In this document: positions 41,730 through 50,568 of the stretch, piece by piece | Layout of the letters: the number at the start of each line of letters is the position of its first letter | Numbering within the stretch: the first letter of the stretch is position 1 | The notes under the pieces: generated by a model | The model's input: only the letters and a program-made list of their open reading frames with translations | Told to the model about the DNA's origin: nothing | The model's database searches: none | Program-made: the position numbers and the translations under genes | IMG/VR virus record: IMGVR_UViG_3300005758_000017 | Span: 11,469 to 75,468 of that record | Strand: one strand, 5' to 3' | DNA length: 64,000 nucleotides | From: a virus | Taxonomy: Duplodnaviria > Caudoviricetes

Positions 41730-42634
41730 CAGTAGCAACATGGCTTGATACCCAAAAAGAATTATATCGTAAAACGCACCAAGTTCCATACATTTTAGCT
41801 GTATGGATTCCTTATCATTTGGCAGCTATAGTTGCTATTATTTGGGCAATCGCCACCGGATGGTCGTGGTGGTACCTTGTATGGGCAATCGCTGGTTGGG
41901 TACTACTAGACGGAATTGGAAACAATCTAACACTACACCGCTGGTTAAGTCATAAGTCATGGAAGCCATATAAGATAGTAGAACCGTTTTTATTATGGGC
42001 AAGCGTTATGGTAGGCGAAGGTAGCCCATTATGGTGGGCGGCACTACACCGCGGACATCATCATAAAGTAAGCGATCAACCTGGCAAGGACATTCATACA
42101 CCAGTAGAAAACGGCTGGCTTTGGAGTTACATGGCATGGCAGTTCCATATCAAACAAGATAGTGTAAGTTTCCGCTATGCTGTAGATCTTTTAAAAGATA
42201 AGCGAGTGGTATTCTGTCATGAAAACTATAACAAGATTATTTTGGTTACTTTGTTGTTAAGTACATTCTTCTTTGGCTTAGCATTTACAGTTTGGTTCTT
42301 TATTGTCGGTAGCTTAATGAGCTTACATGCAGATGGCCTTGTTAACACGTTTGGTCATGTACCTGCCGCAGGATATAAAAACTTTGATAACAAAGACCAA
42401 AGTACAAACGTCTGGTGGATTGGCTACTTCCACTGGGGTTCGGGTTGGCATAACAACCATCATAGAGAAGCAAGTAGCTTTGACTTTGGTACTACTGTTA
42501 GTGGCCGCCCACATGAATTTGATCCTTGTATGCTTTTAATGATTCCTTTTGCACCTCCTTCGGAAGTAAAACGCTTGTGGCAGAAAAGAAAAGATGCTAT
42601 AATTGCTAGAGATACTTCCAAGGAATCAACATGA
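41726..42634 (+). CDS. Membrane fatty-acid (delta-9-type) desaturase
   Basis: Three His boxes HRWLSH, HRGHH and HNNHH, with transmembrane segments. Confidence 0.9.
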   Translation: MTVATWLDTQKELYRKTHQVPYILAVWIPYHLAAIVAIIWAIATGWSWWYLVWAIAGWVLLDGIGNNLTLHRWLSHKSWKPYKIVEPFLLWASVMVGEGSPLWWAALHRGHHHKVSDQPGKDIHTPVENGWLWSYMAWQFHIKQDSVSFRYAVDLLKDKRVVFCHENYNKIILVTLLLSTFFFGLAFTVWFFIVGSLMSLHADGLVNTFGHVPAAGYKNFDNKDQSTNVWWIGYFHWGSGWHNNHHREASSFDFGTTVSGRPHEFDPCMLLMIPFAPPSEVKRLWQKRKDAIIARDTSKEST

Positions 42635-43296
42635 ACGTTAAACTATTATCATACTCACAACCTACAAAAGAATTTGCCGATTTGGGAATTAGCGATGCAC
42701 AAGAGCTGATTGCTTATTGTGCTCGCGTATCCAATCCTAGCAATCAATTCAACACAGAAACATCTGAAAAACTTATTCGATATCTGATCAAGCACCAACA
42801 CTGGTCTCCACTTGAGATGGTGTCGGCTTGTATAGAAATTGAAACTACTAGAGACATTGCTCGACAGATATTAAGACACCGTAGTTTTAGCTTCCAAGAG
42901 TTTTCTCAACGCTATGCTGATCCAACAAAAGATCTTAATTTTGTTATACGCGAAGCTAGACTACAAGATCTAAAGAATAGACAGAATTCTGTTGAAACAA
43001 ATGACGAACGCCTACAAAGAGAATGGGAACTTTGTCAAAACAATGTTATTACTGAAGCACGTATGGCTTATCAATGGGCCATTGAGAATGGTATTGCCAA
43101 AGAGCAGGCTCGTGCAGTATTACCAGAAGGACTTATTGAAAGTCGCTTGTACATGAACGGAACATTGCGTTCATGGATTCACTTTATTGAATTACGTAGC
43201 GCCAACGGTACACAGAAAGAGCATCAAGAAGTTGCAAAAGCTTGTGCCGAAGTCATTGCTACAGTTTTCCCATTAGCAGGTAGCCTAACACAATGA
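42631..43296 (+). CDS. thyX: Flavin-dependent thymidylate synthase
   Basis: HWSPLEM and RQILRHRSFSFQEFSQRY (ThyX motif), LRSWIHFIELR. Confidence 0.95.
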   Translation: MNVKLLSYSQPTKEFADLGISDAQELIAYCARVSNPSNQFNTETSEKLIRYLIKHQHWSPLEMVSACIEIETTRDIARQILRHRSFSFQEFSQRYADPTKDLNFVIREARLQDLKNRQNSVETNDERLQREWELCQNNVITEARMAYQWAIENGIAKEQARAVLPEGLIESRLYMNGTLRSWIHFIELRSANGTQKEHQEVAKACAEVIATVFPLAGSLTQ

Positions 43297-44072
43297 TTAA
43301 AACTATCAACAACCAACCTTGGATAAGCTTTGACAAGCATGTAGACATAGATGCGCTTAACGCATTGAAGATTGAAACCTGTAAAGGCTTTGCACAAAGT
43401 TGGTCTGTTGGCCATGTGCTACCTAGCGTTGCAGGTATTGGTCCAAATTGGCCAAATGGTACAGGTGCATTACCTAAACCTGTCGGAAGAGAATTAGTTG
43501 ATATTATGCACGAAACTAAGCGTAATCCAAATGCTCTTGGACACCATGAATTAATAGAACTTACCAAGGATATTAATTCATATGGTTATATGTTTTTGAA
43601 GTTGATTGGTGATAACTTAGGCATTGGTTATAACTTATACCTACGTGCGCCTACTACACAAGACTATAACGACAAGCACTTAGAAAGCAAAACAACTTGG
43701 ACAAAGGCTGCGGCAAACTTTAAGCCACTTATTAAGTGGGTACACGATCAGGGTATTTTTAGTGAGATTGGCCGAGTAGTTGTATTCTTTAACGACCAAG
43801 ACCAGCATTGCTTAATGCACAGGGACCGTAGCGATCTAAATCCAGTCCCTACACCTGACAACTTTATCTGGATTAACTTGTTTCCTGATCGTAAACAGTT
43901 TTACATTTATGATGGGGAGACAGGCGAAGAACATCCTATTACTAGTCAAGTAGCTTGGTTTGATACTGAAAACTGGCATGCTAGTAAAAGCAGTCCGTTC
44001 GCTGCCTTTAGTGTTCGCTTTGATGGTGTCTTCACTGACGAATGGAAGGCCCGTACAGGCCTTTCCATTTAA
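43293..44072 (+). CDS. 2OG-Fe(II)/cupin oxygenase-like protein
   Basis: GRVVVF, MHRD (HxD), NWHAS, FSVRFDG. Confidence 0.55.
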   Translation: MIKTINNQPWISFDKHVDIDALNALKIETCKGFAQSWSVGHVLPSVAGIGPNWPNGTGALPKPVGRELVDIMHETKRNPNALGHHELIELTKDINSYGYMFLKLIGDNLGIGYNLYLRAPTTQDYNDKHLESKTTWTKAAANFKPLIKWVHDQGIFSEIGRVVVFFNDQDQHCLMHRDRSDLNPVPTPDNFIWINLFPDRKQFYIYDGETGEEHPITSQVAWFDTENWHASKSSPFAAFSVRFDGVFTDEWKARTGLSI

Positions 44073-45136
44073 GCTGAATAAGATTTAGTAGCGGTTAGCT
44101 TGCCGCTCTCATCTTCCCATAAGAATCCCCAAGCATTGTTATACCTGGTGATAGTAGGAAGACTAGGCCACTTTGTCTTAAACTTAAAGTAGTTGTCATT
44201 TGGCCAAATTTCATTGATTAATTTCTTAGCTGGTAGCTTGTAAGTATTCCATCTGCCGCCAACCTTTTCTTCTTTAGTATACAGAGCCCAACGTTGATAG
44301 TCTTCACTATCAAAGAAGTTGATAACATTAGCTGCCATATACTCTGCTTGTTCAGCAGTAGGCGAGTGCATACTCATACGATACTTAACAGCTTGCCACT
44401 TCATAGCAAAATTTAACCACCACAGGAAGTCATGGTTTGATTCAATAGGAATAGGTGCGGCATTGACTAAATCGTAAAGCATTTGCTCACGTTCATCCCT
44501 GTGGTCTTCTACTTTATCTAACAACCATATCAAACTTTCAGTTTCCCAGTTGCTGTGAATCGATTTGTAGTCTCTGGTATAGTCCATATAACTTTTTAAA
44601 GTTAAACTACCAAACAGGTTATCAGCACATTCGCCAGTAATACATAGGTAATCTGGGTTTGTAACAATGCTGTAAAAATGATTGCTCGATATTAAGTTAT
44701 GTCCAAAGTTTGGAAGAATCATTTCATAGAAGAAATCTGGGTTCTCTACTTGACTGTCTTCGTTGAACGCTAGTAGCACTTTGTCCTTAATTCTTCCCCA
44801 ACCCGGATGACTTACCAATAAGCACACAATAAGAGTAGAATCAATACCACCGGAGTACAAAACAACAAGATTCTTTTTATCCGATGATTCAAATTTTTTA
44901 ACAATATCATCTATTCTTTTGTAACTGCAACTGTCAAAAGTTTCAACATGGGCAAGTTCTGGTATAGGGCTATTGTTAAAAACAGGAACGCCAGGTATAT
45001 CTAATGTACCTGTCCTATCACTTAGACTAATCCAAGGATTAAACATTTTTAGAAAACTTCTATGTACAGGTGAGACTTCAATAGATGCATCGTTTAATAA
45101 ACGATGTGGGATATAGTATAGTAATTTTTTCATCAC
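44069..45136 (-). CDS. Stand-alone asparagine-synthetase-like amide ligase domain
   Basis: LYSGGIDST PP-loop plus ITGECADNLFG (compare AsnB SGEGADELFG). No Ntn glutaminase domain. Confidence 0.75.
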   Translation of the reverse strand: MMKKLLYYIPHRLLNDASIEVSPVHRSFLKMFNPWISLSDRTGTLDIPGVPVFNNSPIPELAHVETFDSCSYKRIDDIVKKFESSDKKNLVVLYSGGIDSTLIVCLLVSHPGWGRIKDKVLLAFNEDSQVENPDFFYEMILPNFGHNLISSNHFYSIVTNPDYLCITGECADNLFGSLTLKSYMDYTRDYKSIHSNWETESLIWLLDKVEDHRDEREQMLYDLVNAAPIPIESNHDFLWWLNFAMKWQAVKYRMSMHSPTAEQAEYMAANVINFFDSEDYQRWALYTKEEKVGGRWNTYKLPAKKLINEIWPNDNYFKFKTKWPSLPTITRYNNAWGFLWEDESGKLTATKSYSA

Positions 45137-45753
45137 ATTAACATGCTTAAGAATGAGTCCTCTTCCATAGCGGCTCTAATTTTTGTCATATCATCTTTAT
45201 CAACAGCTTGACGAATTGCATGTTGATGCTTGAGTCTAATAAACTCAAGCTTACGAATAAGGCCTTCTTGGTTATCGTGTTTAACTTTAATAACCTTTGC
45301 AGCCGTTAATAGGTCAGATCCAATTACAGATGCGTAATCTTCTACCATACCCGTGTCTCCTGGTAGCCCTTGGATTACTCTATCTGCTTGCTCTGCTTTA
45401 ATTTTATATGCTTCCTGTTGCCACGGTACCATATCGTTAAAACGTTTGTACCCATGTGCAATTCGCATATCAAGTTCAATGATCAAATTGACTTTTGCTT
45501 GAAGTTGCATAGAAAGGATCTTAATATCCTTTGTTCTTTCTTCTTTAATGAATTCTGTTGTTCTTGCGTTTTTAAATTTAAGAACGTAGTCTAGATTGTT
45601 TTTCTTAAGGTCTTCTGCAACTGAATCTTCTACAGAATAGACACGACAAATGGCTCTAAATTCTCCGCCACATGCACTTTCTAAAACAGCTAAACTTTCG
45701 TTCCACGCAAGAAGTTCGCCTTCGGCTGTACACGCCAATGCTAACCAATGCAT
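45133..45753 (-). CDS. Hypothetical protein, C-terminus resembling fibre-assembly chaperones
   Basis: QQEAYKIKAEQA...YASVIG.DLLTAAKVI..K...LEFIRL pattern. Coupled to the amide ligase gene. Confidence 0.45.
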   Translation of the reverse strand: MHWLALACTAEGELLAWNESLAVLESACGGEFRAICRVYSVEDSVAEDLKKNNLDYVLKFKNARTTEFIKEERTKDIKILSMQLQAKVNLIIELDMRIAHGYKRFNDMVPWQQEAYKIKAEQADRVIQGLPGDTGMVEDYASVIGSDLLTAAKVIKVKHDNQEGLIRKLEFIRLKHQHAIRQAVDKDDMTKIRAAMEEDSFLSMLM

Positions 45754-45774
45754 AACTAACTCCTATGTTGTTAA

Positions 45775-46350
45775 TTAGTTATCGGGTGTAAGTGGGGTAG
45801 GTAATACCAGATCCGGGGTAAATCTAATGCTTAACATTAGTCTATGTTTATCTGGGTGGCGGTTCTCTACATTGTGTGGCAAGTTTACTTTTACAATAGT
45901 TGGAACATCAATGATAGTTTGCTCGATAATTTCTGGATCACAATTCCAATGTATTTTTAAAAGGCCTAAACCTTCAGCTGTCTTTGTTTCGCTCAATGTA
46001 TGCTCGCCACCGTACCAATTCATATAGCCTTGTTCGCAGTTTTGTATAGGAATGTTCAATGCAAAGTTGCTTGCATTTTTTCTTTCAAGCGAATACCCGT
46101 CTATATGTATTCCGTAAGATTTGGCCGGATCAGATCCAAATAAAATTGCACCTTTTGGAATCCTATTAGGGAATCCATACGATGCTAAAGGATCTTTTAA
46201 AACCCTATAAACTAATGCCATGAACTCTTTATCGTTTACACCAAAGAGTCTGCTTTGTAGATTTTTTGGCTCATGCGGCATTACTCTGTTGAGTATGAAA
46301 TTTTGTATTTCTTGCCAGCCGCTACCTAGATCAATTTTCTGATAAAGCAT
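45775..46350 (-). CDS. 2OG-Fe(II)/cupin oxygenase-like protein
   Basis: YGIHID (HxD), PHNVEN, RLMLSIRF. Start taken at MLYQK (TAATG overlap). Confidence 0.6.
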   Translation of the reverse strand: MLYQKIDLGSGWQEIQNFILNRVMPHEPKNLQSRLFGVNDKEFMALVYRVLKDPLASYGFPNRIPKGAILFGSDPAKSYGIHIDGYSLERKNASNFALNIPIQNCEQGYMNWYGGEHTLSETKTAEGLGLLKIHWNCDPEIIEQTIIDVPTIVKVNLPHNVENRHPDKHRLMLSIRFTPDLVLPTPLTPDN

Positions 46351-46814
46351 TATGTTCTTACCTTGTGAGATTTGTATGTGCCAAACAATAAGTCCCAAAT
46401 GGGAATGAAAAGCCCAAAGTTAACCTTGTTGTTGTAATGATGAACCAAGTGCCATTTGCCACTTGTTAAAAACGGGAAAAGGTCAAACTTTGGATTGTGC
46501 TCGATTATTTCTTGAACAAAAGCCGCCCATAGATAGTAAAATACGCTAACCCACCATTGTCCTGTAACCCAACTAAAGATTAATGTGGGCACAACTTCTG
46601 TAATCCATAGATCTAATGTGCTCATCCAGGTGTCGTTAAACAAGAACAAGTTATTCCAATGCCAAGTTGTTTGCTCGTGTGTGTTGATGTACTTGTGATG
46701 ATCAGCGTGAGCATTAAATGCTACGGGAAAAAAGCGTAACCCAACAGAGTGGATTACGCGGTGAATAATGTAAAGGTATAAAGTCCAGATTATAAAAACA
46801 ACAATGTAGTCCAT
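46350..46814 (-). CDS. Fatty-acid hydroxylase / sterol-desaturase family membrane protein
   Basis: His boxes HRVIH, HADHH and HLVHH, plus NFGLFIPIWDLLFGT. Confidence 0.85.
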   Translation of the reverse strand: MDYIVVFIIWTLYLYIIHRVIHSVGLRFFPVAFNAHADHHKYINTHEQTTWHWNNLFLFNDTWMSTLDLWITEVVPTLIFSWVTGQWWVSVFYYLWAAFVQEIIEHNPKFDLFPFLTSGKWHLVHHYNNKVNFGLFIPIWDLLFGTYKSHKVRT

Positions 46815-46824
46815 GAACTACTTA

Positions 46825-47592
46825 TCATGTTTTTAAGTCTTGCTCGCCTTCGTTTCCTAGTTTGTATATCTTAGAAGATTTCCCAGTTCTTTCAGTCCAC
46901 TCGTAAAACTTACGAAATGCTTGATTGGGCTTATCGCTGTGTAGCATTGTAACGGTAGGCCATACATCCCACCAATGTCTACTTGTAGTTTTTAGTTGTT
47001 CTACATAAGAAATATTACAAGGATGTAGTCGTAATCCGTTGATTGTATTATCTGGGCCAAAATAAACTTGGCTTGGCCCGTTTATAACTTTATGGTCGTC
47101 TAAAAACGCTGTAACCATTTCAGCTATATTAGCCCATTGTTCGGTTTCCAAATCCTTTTCAACTTGAATGCCGTTAACAAACTTAATGCATTGTACAATA
47201 ACATGACGACCATTGTAACTTAAACTCTCTACAATAAAATCGCCCGGCTTAGGCTTATCCTTATAGTAATGTTCCATTCGAATTGGATTGAACTCGACAT
47301 TGTTTAAAAGGATTTGAGATTGGTGGTCTTCGATAAAACTTTGACCAGTTAAATTATACGCAAGAGCCGAAGTAAATTTTACTTCTGAATCCCATGTATC
47401 TTGTTTTAAGTCTATTAGCTTTGCATTATATGCCTTTTCAAATTCCAAAGCACTGGGAAATTGTGTTTGGTAATCTGGTGTTGTGGCAATAGTAATTTCG
47501 AACTTTTCCCCAGTCTTAGTTTCTACACCTGGCTTTACAAGGCGCAATACCATTTCTGACGGGTTAAGAATTAAAAGATGATTTTGAGCCAT
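46825..47592 (-). CDS. Hypothetical protein with degenerate ATP-grasp-like C-terminus
   Basis: FIVESLSYNGRHVIV and LD..KVINGPSQV resemble ATP-grasp strands, but the catalytic E-x-N is not conserved. Confidence 0.35.
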   Translation of the reverse strand: MAQNHLLILNPSEMVLRLVKPGVETKTGEKFEITIATTPDYQTQFPSALEFEKAYNAKLIDLKQDTWDSEVKFTSALAYNLTGQSFIEDHQSQILLNNVEFNPIRMEHYYKDKPKPGDFIVESLSYNGRHVIVQCIKFVNGIQVEKDLETEQWANIAEMVTAFLDDHKVINGPSQVYFGPDNTINGLRLHPCNISYVEQLKTTSRHWWDVWPTVTMLHSDKPNQAFRKFYEWTERTGKSSKIYKLGNEGEQDLKT

Positions 47593-47593
47593 G

Positions 47594-47896
47594 TTATTCC
47601 TGGTTAAAATGTGTAGCAAGTAATGCACCAACAAATCTTGTTACCCTGGTTTTGATTAGTTCACTGTTCATCATAACTTCAAAGTCAACAATACGATCTA
47701 AGTACTGCTCAAGAGACTTAATACCAAGTAGTTCTTTACTAGTCTTAATATCAGTTAGTTCACTTTGTTTAAAAACAATTTCTGTACCATCATCGAGATA
47801 AACTTTAATCCAATCAATGTATTCGACCGGAACTTCTTCAACATGTATTTCTCTTAACATGTTTTCGAAGCTTCGGTCCTTCTTACGAATACTCAT
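47594..47896 (-). CDS. Conserved-looking hypothetical protein
   Basis: Acidic 100 aa ORF (EEVPVEYI...DDG), in operon with its neighbours. Confidence 0.6.
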   Translation of the reverse strand: MSIRKKDRSFENMLREIHVEEVPVEYIDWIKVYLDDGTEIVFKQSELTDIKTSKELLGIKSLEQYLDRIVDFEVMMNSELIKTRVTRFVGALLATHFNQE

Positions 47897-47939
47897 TACT
47901 TGCTCCAAAACATTTTGATTTTCTTTAGTAGTCCTATTT

Positions 47940-48599
47940 TTAGGCCGCTACTTTCTTTGATGGTCGTCCTCGGCCCCTCTTCGCTTCGGTCGCTGGCGAT
48001 GGGGACGACTTTTCTTGGACGGCCGCGACCACGCTTTTTGGGTCAAGCTTTTCCGCCTCCTCACGCAATCTACGAGCTTCGGCTTCAAAGCTATTTGCTT
48101 GCGCTCTAAACTTAGCGGCTAATTGAACATCGTCAATTACACCAGGTGGATTCCTAGTAGGTTCCGGTTGGGGTTGCTGTTGGCTAGGTGCATTTGTTGC
48201 AATGTCGCTTGAACGTGTAGCACCAGAAGAAGCCGCCTGCTCGTTGCTTAGTTGTTTCAACTCGCGATTTAAATCAACTAAGTTAATATTAACCCCTGGG
48301 CGAGGAGTCATTACAACAGACTTAGTTGGCACCTTTACCATCCATCCACGCTGGTGGATAGTGTTTAGCATATTTGTACCATCATGAAAACTTTGACGGA
48401 ACAAAAACTCGCTAGGATCTAAGCTAGCTTGGCAGTTAGTGCTTTCGATTGCACGAATCAAATCATCATGATATAATTGCGGCAAGTTGTCTGTTGGAAT
48501 AACCAGCGCAGAATCTGAGTCGTTAGGTACTTCTCTAAATACCACAACAACCTTTTTCTGGTTGCCGTTTACGCCTACGTGTTTAATAAATTGTGCCAT
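47940..48599 (-). CDS. Hypothetical protein with C-terminal AT-hook-like motif
   Basis: 219 aa, AGGAG RBS, ends KRGRGRPSKKVAA. Confidence 0.7.
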   Translation of the reverse strand: MAQFIKHVGVNGNQKKVVVVFREVPNDSDSALVIPTDNLPQLYHDDLIRAIESTNCQASLDPSEFLFRQSFHDGTNMLNTIHQRGWMVKVPTKSVVMTPRPGVNINLVDLNRELKQLSNEQAASSGATRSSDIATNAPSQQQPQPEPTRNPPGVIDDVQLAAKFRAQANSFEAEARRLREEAEKLDPKSVVAAVQEKSSPSPATEAKRGRGRPSKKVAA

Positions 48600-48616
48600 A
48601 GCGGCTCCTTTCTAGT

Positions 48617-48859
48617 TTAAGCCTGCTCTGCGGTAACTTCTGCACTAGGCGCTTCTTCGCCTGTTGCTTCGTCGGCAGGTTGCTGTGGCTCGTTAGCTTT
48701 TAAGAAGGCGGCTAACTTGTTATACGTTGCACCAATGATCTCCATTTCGGGTGCGCGGTAACCACCGCGTTGGGCTCCTAATTCAACCGCACCAGCTAAC
48801 ACTTTTAGATCTTGTAGTGTTAAGCCAATTGGTTGTTGAGCTTGTTCTTGTTGTTCCAT
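48617..48859 (-). CDS. Small acidic hypothetical protein
   Basis: AGGAG RBS and upstream TATAAGTA box; LTLQDL...GAQRG.YRAPEM motif. Confidence 0.7.
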   Translation of the reverse strand: MEQQEQAQQPIGLTLQDLKVLAGAVELGAQRGGYRAPEMEIIGATYNKLAAFLKANEPQQPADEATGEEAPSAEVTAEQA

Positions 48860-48930
48860 TTGTTTCTCCTAGGTTATAGAACGGATTACATCCGCAAATA
48901 CTTATAAGCAGAATCACCTAAGATTTAACC

Positions 48931-48958
48931 AAAAAAAAAACGCTCCCGAAGGAGCGTT
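48931..48958 (-). terminator. Intrinsic terminator after the vWA gene
   Basis: AACGCTCC-TTCG-GGAGCGTT followed by a T run on the minus strand. Confidence 0.9.
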
Positions 48959-48984
48959 AAAGGAGCAAACACCTACCACCCAAA

Positions 48985-50205
48985 TTAATGACGACTACGT
49001 CCAGAAGGAACATAGTTAGCAGTGATACCAAACGGTGCTGTGATCTCGTTACTGCCATGCACAACAAACAGCGTGTCGCAGTAGTCTGGGTCACCCCAGC
49101 TACCACAAGGGTAGCCGTCTGTAAACATAACAAGTTGATGCGGTTGGATTTCGTTGTCTTTCATCCATTGCCACACACATTCGAAGCTAGTACCACCGCC
49201 TCCGGTAACTTCATACTCACCCATGCTTCGACCGTCATCACCAGTAAAGGTGTCTTCATTATAAACGTCAGTATCAAATGTGATGATACGAACCTTATAA
49301 GAAGTAAACTGATCCAATGCACCTTGTACCATGCCCAAGAAGTCCATAATCATGTCGTTGCCAATAGAGCCAGAAGCGTCTAATGCTACAACAATGTCAA
49401 GTTCCTCACCAGGCAACTGTCCGGGCATAACTGCACCAGTGTGCCACGCCTTACGATTAGGACGCATCCAAGTGTAGTCGCTCTTGACAGAACCAGAGAA
49501 TTGAATACGCAACAGGTCCTTCAAGTCCATTACAGGGGCAGTAATGTCCTTAACCAAACGTTGAATAGCACCAGGGGTGTTACCAGCACCTGCGTTTTTT
49601 GCGGCCTGGATAACAGCCTCACGCCATTCGTCGCGCAGAGCTTTCTTTTCTTCTTCAGTTAGCTTCTTGAACTTGGGCTTACCCTTGCCGTCCTTGTTGC
49701 CGTCCTTGCTGTCGCCATCGCTATCGCCTTCACCATCGTCGTCACCGTCCATCTCCAAGTGGTCGTCGAGGGTCATCTTAATGACAGTAGCATTCTTCAT
49801 CAGCTCGTCATAGACTTCGTCGGCTGTCATGCCTTCGTACTTACGATCTGCCAGGATAGGTACAGTAGTAATTGCGGTACCAACGCCTTCACGGATCAAC
49901 ATGTTGTTGATGACATAGTCGCCTGCCATGTTCCACACACCAGGGTCACGGTCCCCACGGCGTGTCATGTGATCAAAGATAATGTGGCCTAGTTCGTGTC
50001 CGAAGCCAAAGATCATCTCACCGTCAGACAGTTTAGAAACGAAGTCTGCATTGTAGTAAAACTTGCGGCCGTCTGTTGCAATAGTCTTGCACCATTCGAC
50101 TTCTTCCAACTTTAGACGTGCCGCCAAAGGACCCCAAAAGGGGTACTTCAACAACATAGCAACACGGCTTTTGACTAGCTTATCACGTGCGGGCATTTTA
50201 GACAT
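48985..50205 (-). CDS. vWA-domain / metallopeptidase-like (DUF2201-type) partner of MoxR
   Basis: HELGH zincin-like motif, acidic linker, vWA MIDAS-like VALDASGSI, TGGGGTSF and MFTDG. Confidence 0.85.
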   Translation of the reverse strand: MSKMPARDKLVKSRVAMLLKYPFWGPLAARLKLEEVEWCKTIATDGRKFYYNADFVSKLSDGEMIFGFGHELGHIIFDHMTRRGDRDPGVWNMAGDYVINNMLIREGVGTAITTVPILADRKYEGMTADEVYDELMKNATVIKMTLDDHLEMDGDDDGEGDSDGDSKDGNKDGKGKPKFKKLTEEEKKALRDEWREAVIQAAKNAGAGNTPGAIQRLVKDITAPVMDLKDLLRIQFSGSVKSDYTWMRPNRKAWHTGAVMPGQLPGEELDIVVALDASGSIGNDMIMDFLGMVQGALDQFTSYKVRIITFDTDVYNEDTFTGDDGRSMGEYEVTGGGGTSFECVWQWMKDNEIQPHQLVMFTDGYPCGSWGDPDYCDTLFVVHGSNEITAPFGITANYVPSGRSRH

Positions 50206-50237
50206 TTGGTGGCTCCAATTTGTTTCTTTATGTATCT

Positions 50238-50266
50238 ATTATACTACTCTTTGATCTGAAGGTCAA
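50238..50266 (-). promoter_or_regulatory. sigma70 early promoter
   Basis: TTGACC-17 nt-TATAAT. Confidence 0.85.
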
Positions 50267-50540
50267 CCGTTTTTGTAGGTTTTTCTTTTGGACCTGACAA
50301 GTCCCATATCATTGCTACTTGTGGGTCTCTAAACCAAACATGCTGTCTTGGTACAAAGTCCCAGTCCAATCTCTTTAAACCTTGTTCTCTGGCCCACTTG
50401 GTAACTTCATTAATTGTGGCTCCTTTGGGGTAGGTTCGGACGGACCAGCTCTTCCTTTGTTCGCGGAGCCACTCGCTAACATCAGAGGGGGTTGGTGGCT
50501 GGTCCGTCCAGACCTGTCGAGCTTCTGGGCCGTACATCAT
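50244..50540 (-). CDS. Small Trp-rich hypothetical protein between MoxR and vWA genes
   Basis: Open frame filling the gap. Start uncertain. Confidence 0.5.
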   Translation of the reverse strand: MMYGPEARQVWTDQPPTPSDVSEWLREQRKSWSVRTYPKGATINEVTKWAREQGLKRLDWDFVPRQHVWFRDPQVAMIWDLSGPKEKPTKTVDLQIKE

Positions 50541-50568
50541 TTCAAGTACAGCCCAGTCTCTTGACCGC

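Noticed and set aside
40153-45136. Calling either PP-loop protein QueC
   Set aside because: Both lack the C-terminal Cys zinc-binding cluster of QueC, and 44069-45136 has an AsnB-type motif instead.
48931-48940. Poly-A run as an assembly artefact or phase-variable tract
   Set aside because: It is the U-tract of a canonical minus-strand terminator.
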